Assembly: GCA_040902925.1 (NCBI GenBank)
Contig: JBBDWJ010000014.1
Span: 1 to 53,844, forward strand
Length of the DNA stretch: 53,844 bases
From: Bryobacterales bacterium
Lineage (GTDB): Bacteria; Acidobacteriota; Terriglobia; Bryobacterales; UBA6623
Reading direction: 5' to 3'
Under the pieces are notes generated by a model. The model was not told the DNA's origin and did no database searches. It worked only from the letters and a program-made list of their open reading frames with translations. The translations under genes and the position numbers were made by a program. This document shows positions 26,818-37,210 of this stretch, piece by piece. Position 1 is the first letter of the stretch. Every line of letters starts with the position of its first letter.

Positions 26818-28212
26818 TCAGCGAGTTGACCCCGCGCCTACAGGCACTTGAATGTATCGCTCCGCCGGCGGCGCGAAGAAGACGAGTACCCGGCCGGCGA
26901 GCTTTTCTCGACTGTCCGGTGACCCTGCCAGATGAAACGATGTTTGGGCCAGAAAATGGGTGGCTCCCCGGGGAACGTGATAGTGAAGCAGTGATGGCGC
27001 CGGGATCTCCATCATCGCGTCTTGTTCACTCCAGTCATCAGGCGATGCAAGCGCGCCGGCAGACCCCACGAAATGAGCGGGCCTTTCCTCAGAAAGCGAA
27101 GCCTCGTTTCCTGGCTCTCCACGAAATCGCGGCTTTCGCCAGCGGATCCTGCCGTTTCCCCGCAGCGAAGAATCCGTCTCGAAGACGAAGTAGATATGCC
27201 GGTATCTCTGCGGTGGAATCGCCACTTCGAGATGGAACGGCTGCGCGGCATCCAGAGTGATCGGGCCAGTATCGTATACAGGTTCCGCGTTTCCCTGAAC
27301 GCTGAGGCCGCTTTGCTGCTCCCAATTGGCGGGCTTATCGAAATCCTGATTTGCAGCGATCTCTTCCCAGCTCGGTCTTGACGATTCCACGCCCTCTGGA
27401 GGGACTTCCAGGCCGGCAACCCACGCCACTCCGTTCAGCAACGCCTTTCGGAAGTTGTCATCGCGATAGTTGTGATGGGAATGAGCGCCGGAAAAGCCAA
27501 AGCCGCGCCCACCAGCCGGGCGTTCGTAGGCCCACGCGAGCGTGTGAAGGTCACCACGAAGGACGCTTTCGCGAACGCCGGGATTACCGGAGCTAGGGCC
27601 GTCCGCGCGGAGCAAAACGGTCAGCGGAGGCCGCGCCTGGAGGATCGGAGTGACGCCCTTCAAACCGGGCGCGAAACGCATATTGAAATACCACTCATCG
27701 TAGACCGAGAATGGCTGCAGACCGTTTGCCGCTGCATGAACGGGAAAATTCGCGAACTCGGGAGCCCAATCCGGGTTTACCGACAGTCCCCTTTCGTAAA
27801 CCCCGCCGATCCACTCCCTGACTGCGTCCGCGGCGCGACCCGGAGGCGGTTCGAGGGCGAAGTGAATCAGGGCGATACCCACTCCACGATTGGCTAGGGC
27901 GCTTACTTGATCGAGATGATCAAGAGCGGCATGAGCGCTGCCATCGCAATCGATGACCAGGGCATCGGCATCCGCGAAAGTATCCGCATCGGGCCAGCCT
28001 TTGTCGGCGATGACGGTTTCGAGTTGAGGCCATTGTTGCTTGAGGGACCGGGCCAGCAGCAGGAGTCCGGCCCTGTGTTCGTGCATCCCATAGCCGTGAC
28101 TAGGAGTGCCCGGGATGAAAATGATCTTCGTGGGGCCCGCGGCGACAAGTGGCACGGTCAGCCACAACAGAATCGTGAAGCGCAAAAACACGATGCCTCT
28201 CAGAATCCTCAT
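26818..28212 (-). CDS. Secreted ThuA-like (class I glutamine amidotransferase-like fold) protein with a C-terminal beta-rich domain
   Basis: GTPSHGYGMHEH, GVGIALIHFA, DEWYFNM, AWAYERPAGGRGFGFSGAH..N.R..LLNGVAW. Signal peptide from ATG 28212. Confidence 0.8.
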   Translation of the reverse strand: MRILRGIVFLRFTILLWLTVPLVAAGPTKIIFIPGTPSHGYGMHEHRAGLLLLARSLKQQWPQLETVIADKGWPDADTFADADALVIDCDGSAHAALDHLDQVSALANRGVGIALIHFALEPPPGRAADAVREWIGGVYERGLSVNPDWAPEFANFPVHAAANGLQPFSVYDEWYFNMRFAPGLKGVTPILQARPPLTVLLRADGPSSGNPGVRESVLRGDLHTLAWAYERPAGGRGFGFSGAHSHHNYRDDNFRKALLNGVAWVAGLEVPPEGVESSRPSWEEIAANQDFDKPANWEQQSGLSVQGNAEPVYDTGPITLDAAQPFHLEVAIPPQRYRHIYFVFETDSSLRGNGRIRWRKPRFRGEPGNEASLSEERPAHFVGSAGALASPDDWSEQDAMMEIPAPSLLHYHVPRGATHFLAQTSFHLAGSPDSREKLAGRVLVFFAPPAERYIQVPVGAGSTR

Positions 28213-28475
28213 CAACGGTTCTCCGAAGGTTCCAGCCGAGCTGCTGATGATCCTATCACGGTTTCTGAATGAGCCAGATCTCGTCCGCACGCCGAAGCCG
28301 TCGCTGGCAAACCGCTCAAGATCTGGTCTGTCCGTTCTAGAATCGCCCCCTGCCGCAGCGCTGGTTGGGAGATCAGCGGCCGCGCCATGGTGGGACGAGG
28401 AAACTGCTTGATAAGGCGATTCGACGGCCGTACCGCAGACTAGAGGGTGGCCGCGCCGTTTCCGCGGGATCTAAT

Positions 28476-30302
28476 CTAGCCGTGTGCTGCCGATCGCTCA
28501 AGTTCATCCGCCTCGGAGATGCTGTGACTGGTTCGGGGCGCGGACTGAACTTGTTGCAGCAGGCTTTTGAATCGAGCGTGCTCTCGGACTCTGTCGAAAC
28601 GCGGGTCCACGGCTATGGCAATCATGTCGAAGCAACAAATGGATGCTGCCTTCCGAAACCATTCGATGGCGATTTCGATCTCGCCCATACCCGCATAAAC
28701 ATACCCGGTCTCGAACGGCGACACATAACGCGTCATGGCCAGCTCTGCTAATCCGTCAATCACCTTCTGGGCAGATTCGCGATCATTCGCGAGCCCGTAG
28801 ACGTGACCAAGCGCTCCCTGGATGCGCGGGCTGCCGCCAGAGAGGGAAAGTCCTTGACGGAACGCGGCGATAGCTTCCTCGAACCGCGACTGCGCCTGAT
28901 AGGCAAGCCCGAGAACCCAGTAGGCGCCCCAAAATTTTGCGTTCAGCTCAAGGGTCTGCTGGCACTGCTGGATCACGCGGTCGTACTCGCGGCGGTAGTA
29001 CATGATCACCGCGGCATCGCGGTTGATGGAAACGGAGGCGGGGTCGAGGGCCTGGGCTTCCTGGATGCGCGAGATCGCTTCACCCAATAGTCCCATCGGC
29101 GAAAGGGAAGTGACCGCGGACCAGTGATAGGCGGTAGCATAACCTGGGTTGAGCGCCAGCGCCCGCTCGTATTGCCGTTCCGCCTCGGCCCAGTTCCAGT
29201 CGTAGGTCGCGATGACATGCCCCACGGAAGCGTGAGCTTCCGCCAGTGTGCGATCAATCTCGACCGATCGCAGGGCGGCTGCCCTGGCCTTGGGCCTCAC
29301 CTCGCTCGCCGGCAACGCCCCGTAGTTGCCCAACAGCGTATAGGCGTCGGACAAGCCCGCGAACGCGAGTGCGTAGTTCGGTTCGCGCTCGATTGCATTT
29401 TCGAAGTGCTCGACGGCGGCCTTGAGGTCGCGCTCCGACCGTCTGTTCCAGTAGTAGCGGCCCTTCAAGTACAGCTTGTATGCCGAAAGGTTGTTCGTGG
29501 CGCGTTCGGCGCTCTTTTGCGCCGGGCCGATCGCCAACCGCACCTTGAGTGTGTCGACGATCGCCGAGGATATCTCGTCCTGAATTACGAAGATGTCCTG
29601 CAGCTTGCGGTCGTATATCTCTGACCAGAGGTAGCTGCGGTCCGCCACCCGAATCAAATGCGCCGCGATACGCAGCCGGTTGTCTTCTCTACGGACGCTG
29701 CCTTCCACCACGATATCGATGTGCAGCTTCTCCCCGATGGTCAGGAAATCGCCATAGCCCTGCTGAAACTGGCGGTCCGTTTTCCAGGCAACCACACGCA
29801 ACCGGTCGACCTTCGTCAGAGCGGCGATCAGCTCCTCAGTGATTCCGTTGCAGAAGTACTCCTGGTCGCGATTCGCACTGTGGTCTTCGAACTTCAACAC
29901 CGCCAGTGCGATTTTAGGCTGCTCCATGGCCGCGGGCGGCTCTTGAGGCGCTGAGCGCGGCGATCCAGGCTGGACTCTGGAAAAGCGAGGAGTGTAGCTG
30001 CCTTTGGGCAACTCGATCAGGACCGCGTTGTGTGGGGCAACCGCGTAGTATTGCTGCAACTTTGAGCGAAGCCGCCCAGCATGCACTCGAACCGTAGCGT
30101 CGGTTCGCGGGTCGAACGAATCCGTCTTGTCGAAGACTTCGATACCGACGACAAATTCCTTGAGTTGGTCCCCGCGGCCCTGCAGCGTCTCTTCGACGAC
30201 GAATTGCAGGAAGGACCGCAGCCGCTCCGCCTGTGCAAAGATCGGGCTCGCGACAATCGCCGCGAATTGCTCGCGGACCGACCTTTCGTCGATGACTTCC
30301 AT
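28476..30302 (-). CDS. Putative regulator: N-terminal HTH-like domain + TolB-N-like domain + TPR repeats
   Basis: FLQFVVEE..G...LKE..G.EVF...FDP..D..VRV.A.RLR.KL..YY; LAVLKF...EYF..GITEELI..L; multiple TPRs. Confidence 0.85.
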   Translation of the reverse strand: MEVIDERSVREQFAAIVASPIFAQAERLRSFLQFVVEETLQGRGDQLKEFVVGIEVFDKTDSFDPRTDATVRVHAGRLRSKLQQYYAVAPHNAVLIELPKGSYTPRFSRVQPGSPRSAPQEPPAAMEQPKIALAVLKFEDHSANRDQEYFCNGITEELIAALTKVDRLRVVAWKTDRQFQQGYGDFLTIGEKLHIDIVVEGSVRREDNRLRIAAHLIRVADRSYLWSEIYDRKLQDIFVIQDEISSAIVDTLKVRLAIGPAQKSAERATNNLSAYKLYLKGRYYWNRRSERDLKAAVEHFENAIEREPNYALAFAGLSDAYTLLGNYGALPASEVRPKARAAALRSVEIDRTLAEAHASVGHVIATYDWNWAEAERQYERALALNPGYATAYHWSAVTSLSPMGLLGEAISRIQEAQALDPASVSINRDAAVIMYYRREYDRVIQQCQQTLELNAKFWGAYWVLGLAYQAQSRFEEAIAAFRQGLSLSGGSPRIQGALGHVYGLANDRESAQKVIDGLAELAMTRYVSPFETGYVYAGMGEIEIAIEWFRKAASICCFDMIAIAVDPRFDRVREHARFKSLLQQVQSAPRTSHSISEADELERSAAHG

Positions 30303-30628
30303 GGTACGGGCGCCCTAGTCACCACTCGGAAATCCTGCCCTCTGATCTCCAGTCGTCGAGGATGCGCCTCGAAACCGCTGCTGTAGGCGCTGTTACAAAC
30401 GGCTTAACGTTAGCATAGCTACGCGGTCATCTCAAGTATGGGTTTCGATCCGCGGGTCGCTCGCTCCCGGCTGCGGCAGGCCGCCCGCGTTTCGAATGCC
30501 GCGGCAACCGTATATTCCCGCGTTCCAATGGTTTACGGACATTCAGGGACCCAGCCGGGGACCTTCGAAAATACTCCCCGCCAAACGTGTTGGAAAGGGC
30601 GGCGCGCGCGCCCGTGGCGCGTTGTTGA

Positions 30629-30647
30629 TAACGGAATGAAACCGTTA
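30629..30647. promoter_or_regulatory. Inverted repeat TAACGG-N7-CCGTTA, candidate operator in the divergent promoter region
   Basis: Direct read. Related half-sites at 30508 (ccgta) and 30532 (tttacgg). Confidence 0.35.
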
Positions 30648-30787
30648 CGTTACGTCGTCAACACCGTGTTCCGGTGCTAGACTCGTGACCCAACAGCGGA
30701 GCAAGCCGAGCGTTCGGCCCAGTCGATTCCGTTGATTGAGCCCCAGTTCGTACTTGGGCGGGTACGCCGAATGAAGGTCAGATCGGG

Positions 30788-32335
30788 ATGACGACAGGCA
30801 TCCCCACGCAGTGGGACCGGGAAACCGACGTGGCGGTGATCGGCGGCGGCGGCGCAGGTCTCGCGGCGGCGCTCGAAGCCGCACAGCACGGAGCCAAGGT
30901 GATGCTCCTCGAAAAATGCCCTCGCCTCGGCGGCACCACGGGAATCGCGGTCGGGTCGTTTACCGCCGCGGGGACGTCGCTGCAGCGCGCCGCGCACATC
31001 CAGGACGATCCTGATTCTCACTCCGAGGACATGGGCAAGTTCGCCGGTCACCGGGATGCCAGCAACAATCATGCGCTACGCTCCCTGCTGGCCCGCAACG
31101 CGGCCGACACTCTCGAATGGCTGATCAACCTCGGGGTTGCGTTTCACGGCCCTTTTCCGGAACCCCCGAACCGCCTGCCTCGAATGCACAATGTTGTGCC
31201 GAATGGAAAAGCCTGCATCGCTGTCCTGCAAAACAAGGTTCTACGGCTGGGCTCTGAAGTCTTGGTCAACCACCGCGTGGAACGGCTGTTTCGCGAAACC
31301 GACGGTGCGGTGATCGGTCTCGAAGCGATCCACGGCGGAGTATCCGTGCGTGTGCGGAGCCGTCACGGAGTTGTTCTGGCGGCAGGGGACTATTCGAGCG
31401 GCAACGGCATCAAGTCCCGCTATCTTCCACTCGATGTCGCGGCGGTGGAAGGCGTCAACCCGAACTCGACGGGCGACGGTCACCGGCTCGCCGAGTCGGT
31501 CGGCGCCAGTCTCGTCAACATGCAACTCGTCTATGGCCCGGAGATTCGTTTCGTTCCCCCGCCACGGCCGCCGTTCGCCCAGTTGCTGCCGGGTAACCCG
31601 CGGTTGGCGAGGGTCCTGGGACGATGCGTAGACCTGCTGCCAAAAGCGGTGCTGCATCGGATCATCCGCGGCCTTCTCGTCACCTGGCAGCACCCCGAGA
31701 AAAGCTTGTTTACCAAAGGCGCGGTGCTGATCAACCGCAACGGGCAGAGGTTCATCGACGAGTGCGCGGAACCCGAACTGGCCGTCTGGCGACAGCCTGA
31801 AAAACTGGCCTATTGCATTCTTGACGGGACGCTGATGGAGTCGTTTTCGCGGTGGCCGAACTACATTTCGACGGCCCCGGGAATCGCCTACGCCTACATC
31901 CAGGACTACAAACGCCTGCGGCCCGACATCTATGCCGAGGCCCCAACCCTTGCCGCGCTCGCGCGCCGGATCGACGTGAGTCCGGCTGCGCTTGAAGCAT
32001 CGATCGGCGATTACAACCGTGCAGTGCAAGGCGCTGCGCCGGATCAATTTGGCCGCCGCTGCTTTGGTCCGCCGCTGACAAAGGCGCCCTACTGCGCGTT
32101 GGGTCCGGCCAAGAGTTGGCTCGTCACGACCGAAGGCGGCGTCCGAATCAACCAGAGCATGCAGGCGCTGGATTCGGAAGACCGCGTCATTCCCGGCCTT
32201 TACGCCGCTGGTTCCAATGGAATGGGCGGTGTCGTCGCTTGGGGGCACGGGCTTCATTTGGCATGGGCATTCACCAGCGGGAGGATCGCTGGCAGGAGCG
32301 CCGCGACGGCGTATGGGGCGGCCGCGGTGAATTGA
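30788..32335 (+). CDS. FAD-dependent oxidoreductase, FAD_binding_2 family (fumarate reductase / 3-ketosteroid dehydrogenase-like)
   Basis: IGGGGAGLAAA, LEK...GGTT, NSTGDG, G.RFIDE, TEGGVRIN, GLYAAG, AFTSGRIAG. No signal peptide. Confidence 0.88.
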   Translation: MTTGIPTQWDRETDVAVIGGGGAGLAAALEAAQHGAKVMLLEKCPRLGGTTGIAVGSFTAAGTSLQRAAHIQDDPDSHSEDMGKFAGHRDASNNHALRSLLARNAADTLEWLINLGVAFHGPFPEPPNRLPRMHNVVPNGKACIAVLQNKVLRLGSEVLVNHRVERLFRETDGAVIGLEAIHGGVSVRVRSRHGVVLAAGDYSSGNGIKSRYLPLDVAAVEGVNPNSTGDGHRLAESVGASLVNMQLVYGPEIRFVPPPRPPFAQLLPGNPRLARVLGRCVDLLPKAVLHRIIRGLLVTWQHPEKSLFTKGAVLINRNGQRFIDECAEPELAVWRQPEKLAYCILDGTLMESFSRWPNYISTAPGIAYAYIQDYKRLRPDIYAEAPTLAALARRIDVSPAALEASIGDYNRAVQGAAPDQFGRRCFGPPLTKAPYCALGPAKSWLVTTEGGVRINQSMQALDSEDRVIPGLYAAGSNGMGGVVAWGHGLHLAWAFTSGRIAGRSAATAYGAAAVN

Positions 32336-32390
32336 AGTTGAGAGTTCGCTTCGTTTCAAGGTGGGGATACCCACAGAGAGAGGGTCAAAG

Positions 32391-35300
32391 ATGATCTACG
32401 GAATCGTTAGGAGATGTTTGGAGTTTGCGTTGCTTTTCGCCATTGCCGCCACTGCAGCATTCGGCCAAATCAACACGGCCGCTATCGTCGGAAGTGTTTC
32501 GGATCAGTCGGGCGCGATGATCCCGGACGCGTCCATCATACTGGAAAACGTCGCCACGCAAGCCCGGCGCACGACGGCATCGGACGCGACAGGCAGCTAC
32601 AGCTTCCAAGTTCTGCCGGTCGGCGCCTATCGCATGATGGTCGAGGCGCCGGGGTTTAAGCGCGCGGAGCGTGCCGGCATTCGCCTGGAAGCTAGCGACT
32701 ACCCGCGCATCAACATCGTGCTCGAGCTCGGAGAAGTCAGCGAAAGCGTAACGGTCACCGAAGGGATCTCACTCGTCAACACACAGAAGGTAGAGGGCGG
32801 CACCGTGATCCTCAACCAGCAGGTGGTCGATATGCCCCTCAACGGCCGTGACTTCAGCCAACTGATACAGCTCGAACCGGGCGCGGTGTTTAATTCGGGC
32901 AGGGTCTTTTTCAACGGGCTTACCAGCGACGGAGTCAACATCAGCATCGACGGCACCGACGCCAATCAACCGGACCGGCCTTCCACCAACTACACAGGAA
33001 GCTTCGGTGGAACGTCGCAGTTGAGCATTTTGAGTATTGAATTCATTGAAGAATTCAAGACAACCAATGGCGTCTTTTCGGCGGAAGTTGGCCGCGCCGC
33101 GGCCGGCGGGGTCAACATCATTACCAAGTCCGGCACGAACGAACTCCACGGTAGCGTGTTTGAGTTCCTTCGCAACGACCACCTCGACGCACGAAACTTC
33201 TTTGCCAGCAGGAAAGACTCTCTGCGAATCAACCAGTATGGAGTCGCGGTCGGCGGCCCGATTGTCCGCAACCGGATATTCTTCTTCGGCGGCTGGGAGG
33301 GCGCCCGTGTCCGGCGCGGCGTTCAAATCTTCGGAAATGTTCCTACCGTGAGCATGCGCGAGCAAATGTTGCAAACTACACCGGCTTACGGCCACAGGGT
33401 TGTAGGGCCTGTCGGCGAGGCTCCATCGATGCTTGACCTGCTGCCGCTCCCGAATGTGCCCGGCGGCAATGAGTTCCTGGGATCCCACCGGCGCTCGGAG
33501 AGCCGCACGGAAGATCAGGACGTGTTCCTCGCGCGCCTGGACTTTCATATCAGCGACAACGACACCGTCTCGGTGCGATACAACATTATGGATTCGGAAA
33601 ACTTCATCCCGGATATCTCGCCGATCAACGGCACGGTCTATCCTCCGCAGGACCGCTATGGAACGCTATCCTGGTCGCACTTGTTCGGAGCGACCATGCT
33701 CAACGAGTTGCGCCTTGGCGTCGTGAAAACGGACCTGCCACGCCGCCAACAGGCGTTCATTGACGGAACGCAATCGCCCGGCGCCATCCAAGGAGTATTC
33801 AGCCATGACCGGCAGGAACTGCTCCAGGCGAACGGCGGCAGTGTCACGTTTGCTGACAATCTTTCTGTCTCGAAGGGAGCCCATTCGCTGAAGTTCGGCG
33901 TCGAGGACAGGGAGTTTCACTATGGGCGGTGGAACTTTGAGAATCCGCACTACCGCTTCAATAACGTGCAGCAGGTCATCGCCGGCACCCCGGAGAGCGT
34001 GTTCATCACGGTCGGAAACCCCCTGCGCCGTTACGAATCGAGTCAGTGGGGCGCGTATATCCAGGATGACTGGAGAATCCGTCCTAACCTGACGCTCAAC
34101 ATCGGTTTGCGATATGAATACTACTCGCCGCCGGACGAAACAATCGGCGGGTATATGTGGAATGTTGTGGACAGTCCGTTTGGAGCGTTTGCACCCCAAG
34201 GCACGCGTCCGTGGGAGCCTGACCGCAACGATTTCGGACCGCGCTTCGGGCTGGCATGGGATATCAACGGAGACGCCAAGACCGTTGTTCGCGCGGGGAT
34301 TGGAGTTTTCTACGCTCCGAACACCTTCCGGGAATTGACGATCCTGGGCAACCCCCCGGAACTGCCGTATGACGTCACTGTTTTTCGTACTGCGTTTCCC
34401 AATCTTTCGTATCCCACGAATATTCTTGACGGTAGCTTTGATCCCAGAAACGTTCCGGGCGGCGTGAGCCGGCAAACCTTCGACCGTTTTCAACGAACGA
34501 CCTATTCGGAACAGTGGACGCTGAACGTGCAGCGCGAAATCGTACGGGACCTGGCGTTCGAGGTCGGCTACGTTGGCAATCGGGGACTGAAGATTCTTGC
34601 CACGCATTTCTTCAACGAAATCGAGCCCGAACTGCCTGGTCCCGAGTTCCAGCGCGCCCCCGAGCTAGGACGAATCTCCTACCAGGAGCATTCCGCGAAC
34701 TCAACTTTCCATTCCCTGCAAGCTTCACTCAAGAAGCGCATGAGCCGGGATTTCATGTTCAATGCTCACTACACCTGGGGCCATGGAGTCTCCTACGGCG
34801 GAATCGATCAGGGCACTGCTTTTGGGAACGCTCAGATGCAAAACATGCAAGATTGGGCGGGCTCGCGGGGACGGTCGGCCTTCGATATCCGGCACAATTT
34901 TACGCTGAACTTCGCCTGGGACATGGCGTTCGACCGCTGGCTTGGCGCCGACTCAGGGTTCGCGCGGAAGCTTCTCAACGGCTGGCAATTCAACACCATT
35001 GTCTCGATGCGCACAGGCACACCGATCCGCATCCAGTCAGGCCGCGACAACCGCGGCAACAACGACACCGGTCCGCAGCGGCCTGATTACGTGGGTGGAG
35101 AAGTCCTTCTGGACAACTACCGGGAGAGCTTAAGGTATTTGAACAGAGATGCCTTTGCGCAACCTTGTGCCGCGCGCGGCTTAACCGCTCCGTGTGGCCT
35201 GTTCGGGAATTTCGGTACGAATGCTGTCAGCGCGCCGGGGACACAGGTGTTCGATTTGTCCCTCTTCAAGACGACGCAAATAACCGAGCGGGTCCGGCTG

Positions 35301-35453
35301 CAGTTTCGGACGGAGATGTTTAACGCCTTCAACCGTGCCAATTTCTCGAGTCCGTCCGGTTCGCGGGTGCAAATCACCGACAGCCAGTTTGGCGCCATCA
35401 CGGCGGCCGGCCTGGCACGCGAGATCCAGTTCGGATTGAAGTTGCTTTTCTAA
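32391..35453 (+). CDS. TonB-dependent receptor with N-terminal carboxypeptidase-regulatory-like domain
   Basis: Signal peptide, GSVSDQSGA, MPLNGRDF.QL, TKSGTNELHG, QDDWRIRPNLTLNIGLRYEY, terminal REIQFGLKLLF. Confidence 0.95.
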   Translation: MIYGIVRRCLEFALLFAIAATAAFGQINTAAIVGSVSDQSGAMIPDASIILENVATQARRTTASDATGSYSFQVLPVGAYRMMVEAPGFKRAERAGIRLEASDYPRINIVLELGEVSESVTVTEGISLVNTQKVEGGTVILNQQVVDMPLNGRDFSQLIQLEPGAVFNSGRVFFNGLTSDGVNISIDGTDANQPDRPSTNYTGSFGGTSQLSILSIEFIEEFKTTNGVFSAEVGRAAAGGVNIITKSGTNELHGSVFEFLRNDHLDARNFFASRKDSLRINQYGVAVGGPIVRNRIFFFGGWEGARVRRGVQIFGNVPTVSMREQMLQTTPAYGHRVVGPVGEAPSMLDLLPLPNVPGGNEFLGSHRRSESRTEDQDVFLARLDFHISDNDTVSVRYNIMDSENFIPDISPINGTVYPPQDRYGTLSWSHLFGATMLNELRLGVVKTDLPRRQQAFIDGTQSPGAIQGVFSHDRQELLQANGGSVTFADNLSVSKGAHSLKFGVEDREFHYGRWNFENPHYRFNNVQQVIAGTPESVFITVGNPLRRYESSQWGAYIQDDWRIRPNLTLNIGLRYEYYSPPDETIGGYMWNVVDSPFGAFAPQGTRPWEPDRNDFGPRFGLAWDINGDAKTVVRAGIGVFYAPNTFRELTILGNPPELPYDVTVFRTAFPNLSYPTNILDGSFDPRNVPGGVSRQTFDRFQRTTYSEQWTLNVQREIVRDLAFEVGYVGNRGLKILATHFFNEIEPELPGPEFQRAPELGRISYQEHSANSTFHSLQASLKKRMSRDFMFNAHYTWGHGVSYGGIDQGTAFGNAQMQNMQDWAGSRGRSAFDIRHNFTLNFAWDMAFDRWLGADSGFARKLLNGWQFNTIVSMRTGTPIRIQSGRDNRGNNDTGPQRPDYVGGEVLLDNYRESLRYLNRDAFAQPCAARGLTAPCGLFGNFGTNAVSAPGTQVFDLSLFKTTQITERVRLQFRTEMFNAFNRANFSSPSGSRVQITDSQFGAITAAGLAREIQFGLKLLF

Positions 35454-35459
35454 ACCCCG

Positions 35460-35501
35460 CCAGGGTGGCGTCGCGCCCCTCGACGCCACCCTGGATCTTT
35501 T
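35460..35501 (+). terminator. Intrinsic terminator / stabilising hairpin after the TonB receptor
   Basis: Perfect 14-bp stem ccagggtggcgtcg / cgacgccaccctgg, 7-nt loop, followed by atctttt. Confidence 0.75.
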
Positions 35502-35589
35502 GGCCCGGCCTGGGAATCGTCCGGGACAACCCGGCGCGGCGGCGCAGCGGATGCGTGCATCGTGCCACAGTTGGAGAAGAGGTGCTTTG

Positions 35590-36654
35590 GTGAAACGAAT
35601 CAACCGCCGCCGGTTTCTGGCCACCGCCACCGCGGGCGCGTCCTGGGCGGCTTCGGTTGCCCACGCGAAAGAAAAACCCATTCGCACCGGGCTTCTCAGC
35701 ACGCAACACGGCCACCTCAACGGCAAGCTCAAGGCGATGCTCGATTCGCCGCACTATGAGGTCATCGCCGCGTGCGAACCGGACGAAGCGCAGAGGACGA
35801 AGCGCCAGAGCGAGCCGCTATTCGCCGGCCTGCGCTGGGTTTCGCAGGACGAACTACTTGGCGACTCTTCGATCGACCTGGTTGTCGTTGAATGCCGCGT
35901 CTGGGACGCGATCCCTTTTGGCAAGGCCGTGATTGCCGCCAACAAGCATCTGCATCTCGAGAAGCCCCCTACCGAGAAGATGGAACCATTCCGCCATCTC
36001 GTGGAAGAGGCTCGGAAAAAGAAGCTGCTGCTGCAAATGGGCTATCTCTGGCGCTTTCACGAGGGCAGTATGCGGGCTCGCGAGGCAATGCGGCAGGGCT
36101 GGCTGGGCGAGGTGTACATGGTCCGCGGGACGATCAACACCAATCTCGACGACGAGTCGCGAGCCACGATTGGCCGCTACAGCGGCGGCATCATGTTTGA
36201 GCTCGGCTGTCATATGGTAGACCGGGTTGTGGACTTTCTGGGCCGTCCGCAGGCAACAAAAAGCTGGATTCGGCATGACACAAGCCGGCCCGACAAACTG
36301 GCCGACAACACGCTGGCGGTTTTCGAATATGAAAACGCTTTGGGCCTGATTGTCTCCTCCGCCCTGATGCCGAATCAGACCGAACACCGCTCGCTGGAAA
36401 TCATTGGCTCCGATGGCTCCATCATGATTCAGCCGATGGAGCCGGTGCCGCAGATGCGAGTCAACATGCGGCGGGCGCGCGGTCCTTACAAAGAGGGTTG
36501 GCAGGATATCCCTTTGCCGCCGCAGCCTCGATACGTCGCTGATTTCAAGGAGCTGGCGAGAGCGCTGCAGACGGGTACGCCGCTCCAATACTCGTACGAC
36601 TACGAATTGATGCTGCACGAGTCGGTGCTGCGCGCCTCAGGTGAGTTGGCGTGA
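35590..36654 (+). CDS. Tat-exported Gfo/Idh/MocA family oxidoreductase
   Basis: NRRRFL twin-arginine leader, HLHLEKP, QMGY..RF, ELGCHMVD. GTG start 35590 with GAGG RBS. Confidence 0.9.
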   Translation: MKRINRRRFLATATAGASWAASVAHAKEKPIRTGLLSTQHGHLNGKLKAMLDSPHYEVIAACEPDEAQRTKRQSEPLFAGLRWVSQDELLGDSSIDLVVVECRVWDAIPFGKAVIAANKHLHLEKPPTEKMEPFRHLVEEARKKKLLLQMGYLWRFHEGSMRAREAMRQGWLGEVYMVRGTINTNLDDESRATIGRYSGGIMFELGCHMVDRVVDFLGRPQATKSWIRHDTSRPDKLADNTLAVFEYENALGLIVSSALMPNQTEHRSLEIIGSDGSIMIQPMEPVPQMRVNMRRARGPYKEGWQDIPLPPQPRYVADFKELARALQTGTPLQYSYDYELMLHESVLRASGELA

Positions 36655-36729
36655 GTTTCGACTTCAGAGCACGGGCCCAAAGCGCCGCGCCGGTGGGCGG
36701 CTGTTTCACCACGCCCGTCAATCGCGAAT

Positions 36730-37128
36730 GTGGAGGCGCAATTGGAAGCCCAAGTAATCCGGTATAGCGATATCGCTCCGATGATCTTTCCTACCAGCCG
36801 GGAAACGCGCGTCTACGCCGGCGCCCGCGGCCTGCCGGCCCAGCGATTCACGATGGGATACGTTGTCGTCGAGCCTGACGGCTCCGTTCCACTTCACCAT
36901 CACGATCAAGAGGAAGTCTACTTCCTTCTCGACGGTGTAGGGGAGATTGATATCGACGGCAAAAGGTTTCGGATGGAGCCGCTTTCGGCCGTGTACATCC
37001 CCTCGCAAAAACCACACCAGTTCCGCAATGTGGGCCAGTCGCCGATGCGGTTTCTGTTTGTATACGCGCCGGCGGAAGAGGTTTCCCACTGGGCGGAGGA
37101 ATCGGCTCGCGGCCGCAGCTCTACTTGA
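36730..37128 (+). CDS. Cupin domain protein
   Basis: PLHHHDQEEVY and YIPSQKPH.F.N cupin motifs. Confidence 0.85.
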   Translation: MEAQLEAQVIRYSDIAPMIFPTSRETRVYAGARGLPAQRFTMGYVVVEPDGSVPLHHHDQEEVYFLLDGVGEIDIDGKRFRMEPLSAVYIPSQKPHQFRNVGQSPMRFLFVYAPAEEVSHWAEESARGRSST

Positions 37129-37210
37129 AGGAAGACCCATCACCAACCGGCCAATGCGGGTCTTTGCGGAGACGATCACAATCAATATCTGACGACACGG
37201 AGGCAATAGC

